Assembly (NCBI GenBank): GCA_963701965.1
Contig: OY969695.1
Coordinates: forward strand, 1,088,001 to 1,152,000
DNA length: 64,000 bases
From: an uncultured Gemmatimonadales bacterium
Lineage (GTDB): Bacteria > Gemmatimonadota > Gemmatimonadetes > Gemmatimonadales > Gemmatimonadaceae
Reading direction: 5' to 3'
This document shows, piece after piece, positions 40,689 through 50,290 of the stretch (positions are counted from its first letter, which is position 1; each line of letters begins with the position of its first letter). The notes beneath the pieces were generated by a model that was given only the letters and a program-made list of their open reading frames with translations, was not told the origin of the DNA and searched no databases. The translations under genes and the position numbers were made by a program.

Positions 40689-42403
40689 CACCACGCCTCC
40701 GCGTCAGCGGGCAGACGGATGTGGAAGCTCGCACCACCGGTCTCGTTGTTCTCGGCCCACACCGATCCCCCATGCGCCTCGACGATGGTCCGCGAGATGG
40801 AGAGCCCGACGCCGAGCCCTCCCGGCTTGGTGGAATGAAAGGGCTTGAACAACCGGCCGGATTCGATATCGACGCCCGGGCCGGTATCCCGGACGGTCAG
40901 CAACACGTGCCCGTTCTCGAGACACCGCGTGCAGATCGTCACGCGGCGCTCGGCATTCGCCCCACTGTCGACCGCCTCCAGCGCGTTCAACATCAAGTTG
41001 AGCAGGACCTGTTGCAGCTGGACCCGGTCGGCGCGGATGGCGGGGATCGCCGCGTCGAGCTCGTGCGCGAGGGTGGCCCGACGGATCACCGCATCACTGG
41101 CCAGAAGCCGCGTGACCGTACGCACCACCTCGTTCACGTCGAGCGCGCTGACCGACGGCGTGCCGTCGCGCAAGAGTCCGCGCATGCGGTCGATGATCTC
41201 GGCCGCCCGCGTGGCATCGGCGACGATGTCATCGAGGATGCCCGGCATCTCGCTGTCCGCGCCTGGCGTCGCCGGGTGGTAGCGCAGGGCCGTCTGCGCG
41301 TTACTGCGGATCGCCGTCAACGGCTGGTTCAACTCGTGCGCGAGCGACGCCGTGAGACCACCCACCGTCGCGACGCGCGCCACGTGGGCGGCCTCGCGCC
41401 GCCGCTGATCGGCGTCGCGCTCCGCCCGCTTCCGCGCGGTCACGTCCAGCTGGGAGATCACGACCCCGCCCTCGGCCACCCGCAGGGGCGCCATCGCGAT
41501 CTCCCAGGTCACGTCGCAGCAGGTGTACTCGACGGGACGACCGGACCACTCGCCGCGCAGGGCCGCTTCCATGCGGTCCAGCGCGGCGGCCGCCGGCGCG
41601 CCGTCGGTCCATGCCGCCCGCCGCCGCCACGCGTCGAGGTAGTTGGCGCCCACGCCCAACATCCCGCCACACGTCGCGGAGAACCGTTGCCATGCCTCGT
41701 TGACACGGACGATGGTGCCGCACCGGTCGGTCACCGCCACCTGCGCGCCGAGCGAGTCCAAAACACCGGCCGATAACGCATCCGACCGGCGCCCTGCCTC
41801 AATGGCGGCGCGAACCCGCCACGCGCCAGCAACCGCCGCCGCGACCGCTTGCAGCCGGCGAACCTGCGCGTCCGCCCAATCGCGCTCGCGTCCGCTCGTG
41901 CTCAGCTCCAATCCCGCGACCACCCGCCCCTCGATGTCGAGCGGCACGAGCACACTCGACGTGTACGCGTGGCGCTCGTACGTCGCCCGATCAATCGCCG
42001 CAGCGGGCGGAAGGTCGTCCGGATGAAGGAACCGCACGACATCCCCACGCAGGAATCGCGCGCCGACGGTGGGAACGTCGTCGGCGCACAGGGAGGCGGG
42101 AAGCGGAGTCACACGATCGGTACACCAGCGGTGCGCGAAGACCATGCATCCATCGGGGCGCGGCGCTTCGATGATGCCGACCCGATCCGCATCGAACGCG
42201 CGCGCGATCCGCGGGAGTGCCCGGTCGATCTCGCGGTCGATCCGCGCGGCCGGGACCTGGGCCAGCGACGCACTCAAGTCGACGGCGACGGCGTCGACCT
42301 GACGCGCACGCCGTTGGGCGAGCCATCCCCGTAGCGATGGCTCCGTGACGCGCGCGGTGGAAGTCACCCTACCGTGCTCTGCTAAGACCGGCTGTCGCAT
42401 CAT
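40688..42403 (-). CDS. Cytoplasmic GAF + PAS sensor histidine kinase (FixL/NodV-like)
   Basis: AHELNQPL, QVLLNLMLNA, DTGPG, GLGVGL. GAF- and PAS-like N-domains. Confidence 0.9.
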   Translation of the reverse strand: MMRQPVLAEHGRVTSTARVTEPSLRGWLAQRRARQVDAVAVDLSASLAQVPAARIDREIDRALPRIARAFDADRVGIIEAPRPDGCMVFAHRWCTDRVTPLPASLCADDVPTVGARFLRGDVVRFLHPDDLPPAAAIDRATYERHAYTSSVLVPLDIEGRVVAGLELSTSGRERDWADAQVRRLQAVAAAVAGAWRVRAAIEAGRRSDALSAGVLDSLGAQVAVTDRCGTIVRVNEAWQRFSATCGGMLGVGANYLDAWRRRAAWTDGAPAAAALDRMEAALRGEWSGRPVEYTCCDVTWEIAMAPLRVAEGGVVISQLDVTARKRAERDADQRRREAAHVARVATVGGLTASLAHELNQPLTAIRSNAQTALRYHPATPGADSEMPGILDDIVADATRAAEIIDRMRGLLRDGTPSVSALDVNEVVRTVTRLLASDAVIRRATLAHELDAAIPAIRADRVQLQQVLLNLMLNALEAVDSGANAERRVTICTRCLENGHVLLTVRDTGPGVDIESGRLFKPFHSTKPGGLGVGLSISRTIVEAHGGSVWAENNETGGASFHIRLPADAEAW

Positions 42404-42620
42404 CACCTCGGCACGGTCGCATAGGGCGTACGTCGCAGCCGCACGAACCGACTGATGTTGCTGAGCGATACACGCATTTACGCTATAAGCAACTCGCCGA
42501 CAATTCGCAACAGCTCTCGCGGCGATTTTTTGCACGAACGTGCAAAGCGGCGCGTGAGCCGACTCGGGACCAAGGTCTCATTGGTGCCCTGACCCACCGA
42601 CGGATATGATCCACGCCCAC

Positions 42621-42983
42621 ATGACGGACTGGGCACACATGCCACGGGAAAGGACGACGACGACGCGCACGGCAATGCTCGCCCCTGCAATGCGTATCAC
42701 ATGCACGAGGCCGCCAAATGTGACGGCTGGCGTTGTACTTCAATGTGCACTGGCGGCTCGACGCAATGGTGGATTGCACGCCGAGCGCGCCGCCCGCGCA
42801 ATGCACGCATTCTGCGCCGGCGCACACGCCCGTCAAATGCCGGTGTCGCCGCTCATCATCGCGATCAAACACGCGTGGCTGCGTTCGGCCGACGTGCAAC
42901 GGTTACCGCCCTCCGACGCGTGGGCGCTGCTGGATCGTCTCGTCACGTCGTGTATCACCGAATTCTATGCCGATCAACCGTAG
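42621..42983 (+). CDS. Small helical hypothetical protein
   Basis: IIAIKHAW...LDRLVTSCITEFY C-terminal pattern. TATGAT at 42605. Start uncertain. Confidence 0.6.
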   Translation: MTDWAHMPRERTTTTRTAMLAPAMRITCTRPPNVTAGVVLQCALAARRNGGLHAERAARAMHAFCAGAHARQMPVSPLIIAIKHAWLRSADVQRLPPSDAWALLDRLVTSCITEFYADQP

Positions 42984-42996
42984 CGATCTTTGGGCC

Positions 42997-43025
42997 GCTG
43001 CCCATGGCGTGATGCCATGGGCAGC
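42997..43025. terminator. Perfect 12-bp hairpin without a U-tract
   Basis: GCTGCCCATGGC-gtgat-GCCATGGGCAGC, 13 nt after a stop codon. Confidence 0.5.
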
Positions 43026-43086
43026 CCCCTGATACAGCAGGCGTGCGCGACGTTGACTGGGTGCGCGGCGCCGAGTACGGTTCGCT

Positions 43087-44403
43087 ATCGAACAGCCCAG
43101 CCCTGCATCCGGTAGCGCACCCGCCGCGACGACCCGCGGTTTCTCGCATGCCTGGCGCGCTCTGCGGCACCCGAATTTTCGGCTGTTCTTCGGCGGCCAG
43201 AGCATCTCCCTGATCGGCACGTGGATGACGCGGATCGCCACGTCGTGGCTGGTCTACCGTCTCACACGTTCGGCGTTGCTGCTGGGCACCGTGAGCTTCG
43301 CCGGCCAGATCCCGACGTTTCTCCTGGCGCCATTCGCTGGCGTTCTCGTGGATCGCATGAATCGCCACCGGGTGCTCATCTGGACCCAGGCGGCCGCCAT
43401 GGTCCAGTCCCTCCTGCTGGCCGCGCTGACGCTCTCCCACCGCATCACGATCGGGGAAGTCCTGGCGCTGAGCGCGTTCCAGGGGATCATCAACGCCTTC
43501 GACATGCCGGCGCGCCAGTCGTTCCTCGTTCAGATGGTCGAGGACCGCCGCGACTTGTCGAATGCCATCGCCATCAACTCGTCGATGGTCAACGTGGCGC
43601 GCCTGATCGGCCCTTCCCTGGCCGGCCTGGTGATCGCCGCCAGCAACGAGGGCTGGTGCTTTTTGATTGACGGCGTCAGTTATGTCGCGGTCATTGTCTC
43701 GCTCCAGTTAATGCGGATCCCCCCTTTCCAGCTCGCGCGCGCGACCTCGACCATGGTCGAGCAGCTGCGGGAAGGGTGGGACTACGTCTCCACGTTCGCG
43801 CCGGTGCGGACCATCCTCGTCCTGTTCGCCATCGTGAGCCTGATGGGCATCCCCTACGTCGTGCTGATGCCGGTCTTTGCCGCCCAGGTGCTCCACGGCG
43901 GGGCCCATACCCTGGGGTTCCTCATGGGCGCCAGCGGCGTAGGCGCCGTCGTCTCGGCTTTCTCTTTGGTGTTGCGCAAGTCGGTGCGCGGCCTGACCAA
44001 AATGATTCCCATCGCGGCCGCCGTCTTCGGCACGAGTCTCATCCTGTTCGGACTCTCGCGCGCCCTGTGGCTGTCCCTCGTGCTCATGCTGGGGACCGGG
44101 TTCGGGATGATGCAGGGACTCACCGCCAGCAACACGATCATCCAGACGCTCGTACCGGACGACAAACGCGGCCGCGTGATGAGTTACTATATGGCGGCTT
44201 TCGTCGGCATGGCGCCCTTCGGAAGCCTGCTGGCGGGCGGTCTCGCGGACTGGATCGGCGCGCCGCGCACGGTGATGGTCACGGGATCGTGTTGCATCGC
44301 GGGCGCCATCTGGTTCTGGACCCGGCTTCCGGCCATACGAAAGGAAATGCGCCCGATCTACGAGCAGCTGGGTATCGTACCCCCACTCAACCCGGACCAT
44401 TGA
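43087..44403 (+). CDS. MFS transporter (DHA3/macrolide-efflux-like), probable ATC start
   Basis: The frame upstream of ATG 43225 encodes conserved ALRHPNFRLFFGGQSISLIGTW. TTGACT-N17-TACGGT-N5-ATC precedes it. Confidence 0.88.
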   Translation: MEQPSPASGSAPAATTRGFSHAWRALRHPNFRLFFGGQSISLIGTWMTRIATSWLVYRLTRSALLLGTVSFAGQIPTFLLAPFAGVLVDRMNRHRVLIWTQAAAMVQSLLLAALTLSHRITIGEVLALSAFQGIINAFDMPARQSFLVQMVEDRRDLSNAIAINSSMVNVARLIGPSLAGLVIAASNEGWCFLIDGVSYVAVIVSLQLMRIPPFQLARATSTMVEQLREGWDYVSTFAPVRTILVLFAIVSLMGIPYVVLMPVFAAQVLHGGAHTLGFLMGASGVGAVVSAFSLVLRKSVRGLTKMIPIAAAVFGTSLILFGLSRALWLSLVLMLGTGFGMMQGLTASNTIIQTLVPDDKRGRVMSYYMAAFVGMAPFGSLLAGGLADWIGAPRTVMVTGSCCIAGAIWFWTRLPAIRKEMRPIYEQLGIVPPLNPDH

Positions 44404-44409
44404 GACGAC

Positions 44410-46224
44410 ATGCTTGACCGACGCGGGTTTCTGACGACGTGCTCCGGATTCGGCCTGAGCACCACGCTGTTTCCCGGCGCGCTGTGGACGCTGGCGCGCG
44501 ATCACGGTGCGGTCACCAAGGACATGATCGACCAAGCGTCGGTGATCGCCGACGTGGCGATCGCCCCCGACCATCGCAATGCCATGGTCGCGAGCCTGAA
44601 CCAGAACGTGAAGAGCTACGACGCGATCTATGCGCTGCACATGCCGAACGGCGTCGCGCCGGCGTTCAACTTCGATCCCACGCTGCCCTCGATGACGTTC
44701 GCGACCGGGAAACGCCCGATGCGGATGTCGGCGGCTCCGGCGCGGGGCGCGCCGAAGAACGTCGAGGACCTGTGCTTCGCGACAGTCCGCGAGCTGGCCG
44801 AGTTGGTGCGCACCCGCAAGGTCTCGTCGACCGCGCTCACCGAGATGTACCTGGCGCGACTCCAACGCCTCGACCCGACGCTGCACTGCGTCATCACGCT
44901 CACGGCCGATCGGGCCATGGCGCAGGCGAAAGAAGCGGATCGCGACATCGCCGCCGGCAAGTACCGCGGCCCGTTGCACGGCCTTCCCTGGGGCGCGAAA
45001 GACCTGCTGGCCGTGAAGGGGTATCCCACGACGTGGGGCGCCGGTGGCTTCGAGCATCGAATGATCGACCAGGACGCCACGGTCGTCACCCGGTTGGATC
45101 AAGCGGGCGCGGTGCTCATCGCCAAGCTCACGCTTGGCGCCCTGGCCCTCGGCGACCGTTGGTTCGGCGGCGTCACCCGCAACCCGTGGCGGACGGCACA
45201 AGGATCGAGCGGGTCCTCGGCCGGCCCGGCCTCGGCGACCGCCGCCGGATGCGTGGCGTTCTCCATCGGCTCGGAGACGCTCGGCTCCATCTCGTCGCCA
45301 TCGACACGCTGCGGTTGCACCGGACTCCGCCCGACGTTCGGCCGCGTGCCGCGCACGGGCGCCATGGCCCTCTCGTGGAGCATGGACAAGCTCGGACCGA
45401 TCTGCCGCTCGGTGGAAGACTGCGCCATCGTGCTCGATGCGATTCACGGGCCCGATGGCCACGACCGGACCGTGCATGCGGCAGCATTCAACTGGGACGG
45501 CACACTCGACGCGAAGACCCTGCGCGTCGGGTATCTCAAGAGCGACTTCGAGGGCGAGCCGCCTCAGATCCGGCTGTTCGCGCCCCCGGCCGCGGCGGAT
45601 ACGGCGGGCCGGCACCAGCAGGAAGTGGCGCGCGCCCACGCCGACTACGATCGGCGATTCGATACGGCGGCGTTGGCGCGCATCGGAAGCATGGGCATTA
45701 CCATGACGCCCGTCGAGCTGCCGCAGCTCCCGTGGCAGGCCATGACCAGCTTGCTCTCGGCGGAAGCCGCTGCCGCATTCGATGAGCTGACGCGGACCGG
45801 ACGCGACGCCCTGCTCACCGAGCAGTCACCGACCGACTGGCCGAACACGTTCCGCACGGCGCGATTCACGCCGGCCGTCGAGTACATCCAGGCCAATCGC
45901 GCCCGCATGCTGGCCATCGAAGCGATGGCCAAGGTCTTCGAGCACTACGACGTCATCGTCGCTCCCACGAGCTCCACGCAACTCGTCGTGACCAATCTCA
46001 CCGGTCATCCCGCCGTCATCGTACCCAATGGCCTGCGCGGCGACAATGCACCGGCCTACGATCCGCCGCCGGGCCCCGGCGCCTTCGGCGGGAACTGGGG
46101 CGGCCCCGGCACACCGGTGAGTCTCACGTTCCTGGGACCGCTCTACGGCGAGGCGAAGCTCCTGGCCTTCGCCCGCGCCTATCAAAACGAGACCGAATTC
46201 CACCTGAAATATCCGAAGATCTAG
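44410..46224 (+). CDS. Amidase signature family enzyme with Tat signal
   Basis: DRRGFL, GAKDL, GSSGSSAG, IGSETLGSI. Confidence 0.92.
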   Translation: MLDRRGFLTTCSGFGLSTTLFPGALWTLARDHGAVTKDMIDQASVIADVAIAPDHRNAMVASLNQNVKSYDAIYALHMPNGVAPAFNFDPTLPSMTFATGKRPMRMSAAPARGAPKNVEDLCFATVRELAELVRTRKVSSTALTEMYLARLQRLDPTLHCVITLTADRAMAQAKEADRDIAAGKYRGPLHGLPWGAKDLLAVKGYPTTWGAGGFEHRMIDQDATVVTRLDQAGAVLIAKLTLGALALGDRWFGGVTRNPWRTAQGSSGSSAGPASATAAGCVAFSIGSETLGSISSPSTRCGCTGLRPTFGRVPRTGAMALSWSMDKLGPICRSVEDCAIVLDAIHGPDGHDRTVHAAAFNWDGTLDAKTLRVGYLKSDFEGEPPQIRLFAPPAAADTAGRHQQEVARAHADYDRRFDTAALARIGSMGITMTPVELPQLPWQAMTSLLSAEAAAAFDELTRTGRDALLTEQSPTDWPNTFRTARFTPAVEYIQANRARMLAIEAMAKVFEHYDVIVAPTSSTQLVVTNLTGHPAVIVPNGLRGDNAPAYDPPPGPGAFGGNWGGPGTPVSLTFLGPLYGEAKLLAFARAYQNETEFHLKYPKI

Positions 46225-46349
46225 GGGCGCGGGGCCGATACGTGCCGCAACGCACTCACCCCGCCCGGGTGCGCATTCGCCCCACGACCCGCGCGGCGGG
46301 ACCATCGCTTGCGACAGCATTCTCCGACCAACATCCGGAGAGATTTGTC

Positions 46350-46739
46350 ATGCGCAGGTATATCGGGGTGGGACTTGCTACCTTGGCGACGAGCGCCCTG
46401 CTCGCGTGCGGTAGCAGCAGCAGTAGCGGCGCCACGGGTCCATCGGCTGGCTCGAGCACGACCATTATGGCCAGCTCGGTGACCACAGGCGGTGCGTACG
46501 GGTCGGGCGGGAACTACTTCTTCAGTCCGAACCCGGACTCGGTCGCCGTCGGCACGACCGTGACATTCCAATTCGGTAGCGTCGTACACAACGTCATGTT
46601 TGATGGCGCCGTGCCCGGCGCGCCAGCGAACATCCCCAACAGCTCGAACGCGAGCGTGACACGCACCTTCTCCACGGCCGGCACGTTCCCGTTCCACTGC
46701 AGCAATCACAACTTCAGCGGCACGTTGATCGTACACTAG
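46350..46739 (+). CDS. Cupredoxin (plastocyanin/azurin-like) lipoprotein
   Basis: LLAC lipobox, FSP, VHNV, GTFPFHCSNH. Confidence 0.85.
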   Translation: MRRYIGVGLATLATSALLACGSSSSSGATGPSAGSSTTIMASSVTTGGAYGSGGNYFFSPNPDSVAVGTTVTFQFGSVVHNVMFDGAVPGAPANIPNSSNASVTRTFSTAGTFPFHCSNHNFSGTLIVH

Positions 46740-46784
46740 CGGTCCGTACACCACGGGGTTGCAGGCGGTATTAGTGTTTTCCTG

Positions 46785-47177
46785 ATGGTGACAACTTCGC
46801 AGCCCCGCGCCGGGCGTTCGCCCCGGCGCGGTTTGCCCCTGATCGCGGTGGTCGCGCCCGCTATCGCGGCCGCGGCGCTCCTACTGCTCGCGGGATCGGC
46901 ATTCGGATATCGCGCCGGCGCCTGGTCGCCGGACACGGCGTCTTTCCTTCGCTCCGCCAGCGCGATCATGGGCCTGCTTGGGGCCGCGCTGTCCCTCCTC
47001 GCCGCCTGCCTGACGCGCCCGGGAACCATGCGGCGCGGATTCGGTCTCTCCATCCTGGGCGTCATTATCGGCGTGGGCGTGGTCGTTGCCGTGCTGGCGG
47101 AACGGACTGTGCGTGACCGTGGGCCTCGTGCAAACCCTGCTTCCACCTCAACAAACGCCCGCCCCCCAAGCCCCTAG
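46785..47177 (+). CDS. Hypothetical 3-TM membrane protein
   Basis: Three hydrophobic segments and GYRAGAW. TAGTGT lies 7 nt before ATG. Confidence 0.6.
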   Translation: MVTTSQPRAGRSPRRGLPLIAVVAPAIAAAALLLLAGSAFGYRAGAWSPDTASFLRSASAIMGLLGAALSLLAACLTRPGTMRRGFGLSILGVIIGVGVVVAVLAERTVRDRGPRANPASTSTNARPPSP

Positions 47178-48240
47178 CCCCTCGCTCCCGCCGATCGCGC
47201 GGGATGCCCGCCATATCCTCCGCGACTCGTTGAGCACGCTGCCGGTCCGCGCCGAACATTGGCTCGTGGACCTGGCCAACGGGTTCGTGCAACTGCTGCC
47301 CCGACTCCTCATCGCGCTGCTCGCCGCCGGGGCGGTCGTGCTGATCACCGTCTGGGTCCGGCTAGCGATTCGGCGCCGGAACGGTCAGGCGACCGCGACG
47401 CCGCCGTCGGTCGGACCACTCGGCGGCTTGGTGGCCGCCACGGTGGCGGCCACGATCCTCGGCGCGACGCGCCTGGCCGCGGCGATGCTGACGCTGGCGC
47501 TCTTCTGGGCCGCGGCCGTCGCCCTCCAGATCATCGGCGACCACGTCTTCCGCCTGCGCACGCACGTCGCGCCGGAAGCGGTGGACCTCGTGATCTCCGT
47601 GATGCGCGCGGCGCTGCTGACCCTCGGCGTCGTGGAGGCGCTGGCCGGGGTCGGCCTCAATCTCGGCGGCGTCATCGCCGGCCTGGGCATCATCGGGCTG
47701 GCGTTCGGGTTTGCCGCGCAGGACACGCTGGCCAATCTCATCGCGGGCTTCACGATTCTCTGGGACCGCCCGATCCGCGTGGGGGATTGGGTCCGGGTGG
47801 GCGACGGCGGGCTCATTGGCCATGTCGAGCGTCTGACGCTGCGCACCACGCGCATCCAGACCGCGCACAATGGCTTGCTCATCATTCCGAACAAAGACAT
47901 CACGGGCGCGCGACTCTACAATTTCTCCCAAAGCGCGGGGGCCGCGTTGCGTATCGCGGTTGGTATCCCGCCCGATGCCGATATCGACCGCGCCCGCGCG
48001 GTGCTGGTGCAGGCGGCCCGCGACGAGCGCGCCGACCCGGCGCGCCCGCCGATCGCCACGGTCGTCGCGGCCGGTGATGCGGCCGTGACCTTGGAACTGG
48101 TCGTCGCCGTACGGGACGTCGGGAACTCGCGCGACTTTCGGTCGGACCTGATGGAGCGCGTGGTCGCCACGTTCCGCGGGGCCGGTATCAAGCTCCTGGC
48201 CGGCCAGGCGCCCGCCGACGCCGAACGGGGCGCCGGATGA
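47113..48240 (+). CDS. MscS-family mechanosensitive channel
   Basis: GLAFGFAAQDTLANLIAG, DRPIRVGDWV, IIPN. Start uncertain (GTG 47113). Confidence 0.9.
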   Translation: MTVGLVQTLLPPQQTPAPQAPSPSLPPIARDARHILRDSLSTLPVRAEHWLVDLANGFVQLLPRLLIALLAAGAVVLITVWVRLAIRRRNGQATATPPSVGPLGGLVAATVAATILGATRLAAAMLTLALFWAAAVALQIIGDHVFRLRTHVAPEAVDLVISVMRAALLTLGVVEALAGVGLNLGGVIAGLGIIGLAFGFAAQDTLANLIAGFTILWDRPIRVGDWVRVGDGGLIGHVERLTLRTTRIQTAHNGLLIIPNKDITGARLYNFSQSAGAALRIAVGIPPDADIDRARAVLVQAARDERADPARPPIATVVAAGDAAVTLELVVAVRDVGNSRDFRSDLMERVVATFRGAGIKLLAGQAPADAERGAG

Positions 48241-48252
48241 CCGACGCGCGGG

Positions 48253-49173
48253 TCAACACGGCTTGAGCACGATCTTGCCGTGGGTGTGGCGATGCTCCAA
48301 CTCGCGGAACGCATCGCGAACCTCGTCGAGGCAATACACGCGGGCGATCGGGATCTCGAGGCGACCTTGGTCGATCAGGGCCGCGAGCGATCCCATCACT
48401 TCGGCGGTCGCCGCCGCGGCGTTGCCGTCGGTCTTGACGTGGTGTTGCCGGGCGGCGTCGAAATCAATGATCGTGTCAATGCGCTCGGGGCGGACGCCGA
48501 GGGCCAGCGCGAGATCGACATACCCGCCGCCGAAGGTATCGATGAAGGCGTCAATGCGGCCGCCGGCGGCTTCGCGAATGCGCTCGGCCACGCCGTTGCC
48601 GTAGGCGACGGGTATCGCGCCGTGTTGGGCCAACCAACGGTGATTGGGCTCGCTGGCCAGGCCAATGACTTTCGCGCCGGCCATCGCGGCCAACTGGACG
48701 GCGACGGAGCCGACGCCACCCGCGGCGCCCGACACCACGAGAGTCTCACCGACGCGCGGCGCCACGGCGCGCACGGCGGCGTAGGCCGACGTGCCCACGA
48801 CGAAGAGCGCACCCGCCTGTTCCCACGACACGTTGGGCGGACAATGGATGAGATCCTCGGCGTCGACCACGACGAGCTCGGCATGGCTCGCGCGTTCATT
48901 GGTGAAGCCAATGACTTCCTCGCCCACGACAACGTTGTCGACGTCGTCGCCGATCTCCTGGACTACGCCGGCGAGATCGCTACCCTCGCCTGAGGGGAAC
49001 GTCGTAGGCCATCTATCGGCGAACGCGCCGGACCGGATCGCGGCTTCGCCGGGATTGATGCCGGCGGCCGTCACCCGCACGAGCACTTGCTTCGGTCCGG
49101 GAACCGGCTTGTCGACATCGACCACGTGCAACACCTCGACGCCACCATAGTTGTCAAATTGCACCGCGCGCAT
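48253..49173 (-). CDS. NADP-dependent MDR/quinone oxidoreductase-like protein
   Basis: AAGINP, GAAGGVG, GKIVL. Confidence 0.9.
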   Translation of the reverse strand: MRAVQFDNYGGVEVLHVVDVDKPVPGPKQVLVRVTAAGINPGEAAIRSGAFADRWPTTFPSGEGSDLAGVVQEIGDDVDNVVVGEEVIGFTNERASHAELVVVDAEDLIHCPPNVSWEQAGALFVVGTSAYAAVRAVAPRVGETLVVSGAAGGVGSVAVQLAAMAGAKVIGLASEPNHRWLAQHGAIPVAYGNGVAERIREAAGGRIDAFIDTFGGGYVDLALALGVRPERIDTIIDFDAARQHHVKTDGNAAAATAEVMGSLAALIDQGRLEIPIARVYCLDEVRDAFRELEHRHTHGKIVLKPC

Positions 49174-49197
49174 GATCCGCTCCTGCCTGGTTGGGAG

Positions 49198-49449
49198 CTA
49201 TCGAGCCATTGCGAATCCCAGACCAATGAAGAGCAGCACGAGAGCGGCGATCCCGCTCATTCTATAGTCGCGCTCGCGGAGAAACGCGACCAGCATGAGG
49301 GTGACGCGGGCAACGGGCAACAGGATGAAGAGCACGATCCCCGCGGTCGCGATCCGCCCGCGCCCCAACGCGAGTCCCAACGCGACGACCGTCGACGCGA
49401 GCCACGTGCCCGAGGACAGAAGGGACGCCAGCCGGCTTTCCAGTCTCAT
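49198..49449 (-). CDS. DUF1634-family small membrane protein
   Basis: GIVLFILLPVARV...FLRERD. Sits downstream of a TauE/SafE gene. Confidence 0.8.
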   Translation of the reverse strand: MRLESRLASLLSSGTWLASTVVALGLALGRGRIATAGIVLFILLPVARVTLMLVAFLRERDYRMSGIAALVLLFIGLGFAMAR

Positions 49450-49456
49450 GTCGCGC

Positions 49457-50290
49457 TCAGGCCGCGCTCACGATCATTTGGGTCGCGAGCGCGACGAGGA
49501 TGACGATAAAGAGCAGGCGCAACCGCTCGTTCGGGACGCGTACGAGCGCGCGGGCCCCGAGCACCGCCCCAATGACTGAGCCCAGCGCGACCGGGCCGGC
49601 AATGGATGTGACAATGTCACCGCGCAGGAAATAGACTCCGGCACTGGCTGCCGCCGTCACCCCGATCATGAAGTTCGATGTCGCCGACGACACTTTGATG
49701 GGGAGACGCAGTGCGGTATCCATCGCGGGGATCTTGAGCACGCCACTGCCGATCCCCAGGAGCGCCGAGATGCAGCCGGCGCCAAACATGAGCGCGAGAC
49801 CCAGCGGGACCCGCCGCACCTGGTACGCCACGTCCTGTCCCAGCACGCGATCAGGGTAGCTCGCATCGAGGCGTAAGGCGTCCCAACGCCCGGCTTCCGG
49901 CGCGGGACCGCGGACAGCCGCGTCGCCGCGCCGGGCGAACATCTGCTGCGCCGACACGAGCAGTACGGCGGCGAACAGGAAGAAGAGGGCGCGCGACGGG
50001 AGTAAGCCCGCCAGCAGCACACCGCTCAACGCACCCAGCGTCGTCGCGGTCTCCAGCACGAGTGCCAGACGGACGTTGGTGAGACGATCGCGGAGAAACG
50101 ATGCGGCGCTGCCGCACGAGCAGGCGATCACGGACACAATGCTGGCGCCCACCGCAATGCGGATATCGACGTGCCCGAATATCGTGAGGACCGGTACGAT
50201 GAAGATCCCCCCGGCCATACCGAGCATGCCGCCGAGCGCGCTCGCGCCGACCGCCACGGCGAACAGCCACAGGCCGAATCCCGGCGTCAC
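49457..50290 (-). CDS. TauE/SafE (TSUP) sulfite exporter family protein
   Basis: GGMLGMAGGIFIVP, LGIGSG, ATSNFMIGVTAAA. Confidence 0.9.
   Translation of the reverse strand: MTPGFGLWLFAVAVGASALGGMLGMAGGIFIVPVLTIFGHVDIRIAVGASIVSVIACSCGSAASFLRDRLTNVRLALVLETATTLGALSGVLLAGLLPSRALFFLFAAVLLVSAQQMFARRGDAAVRGPAPEAGRWDALRLDASYPDRVLGQDVAYQVRRVPLGLALMFGAGCISALLGIGSGVLKIPAMDTALRLPIKVSSATSNFMIGVTAAASAGVYFLRGDIVTSIAGPVALGSVIGAVLGARALVRVPNERLRLLFIVILVALATQMIVSAA

Noticed and set aside
46785..48240. Possible frameshifted fusion of the 3-TM protein with MscS
   Set aside because: No GAAT-type signature at the junction, and both ORFs are plausible separately.
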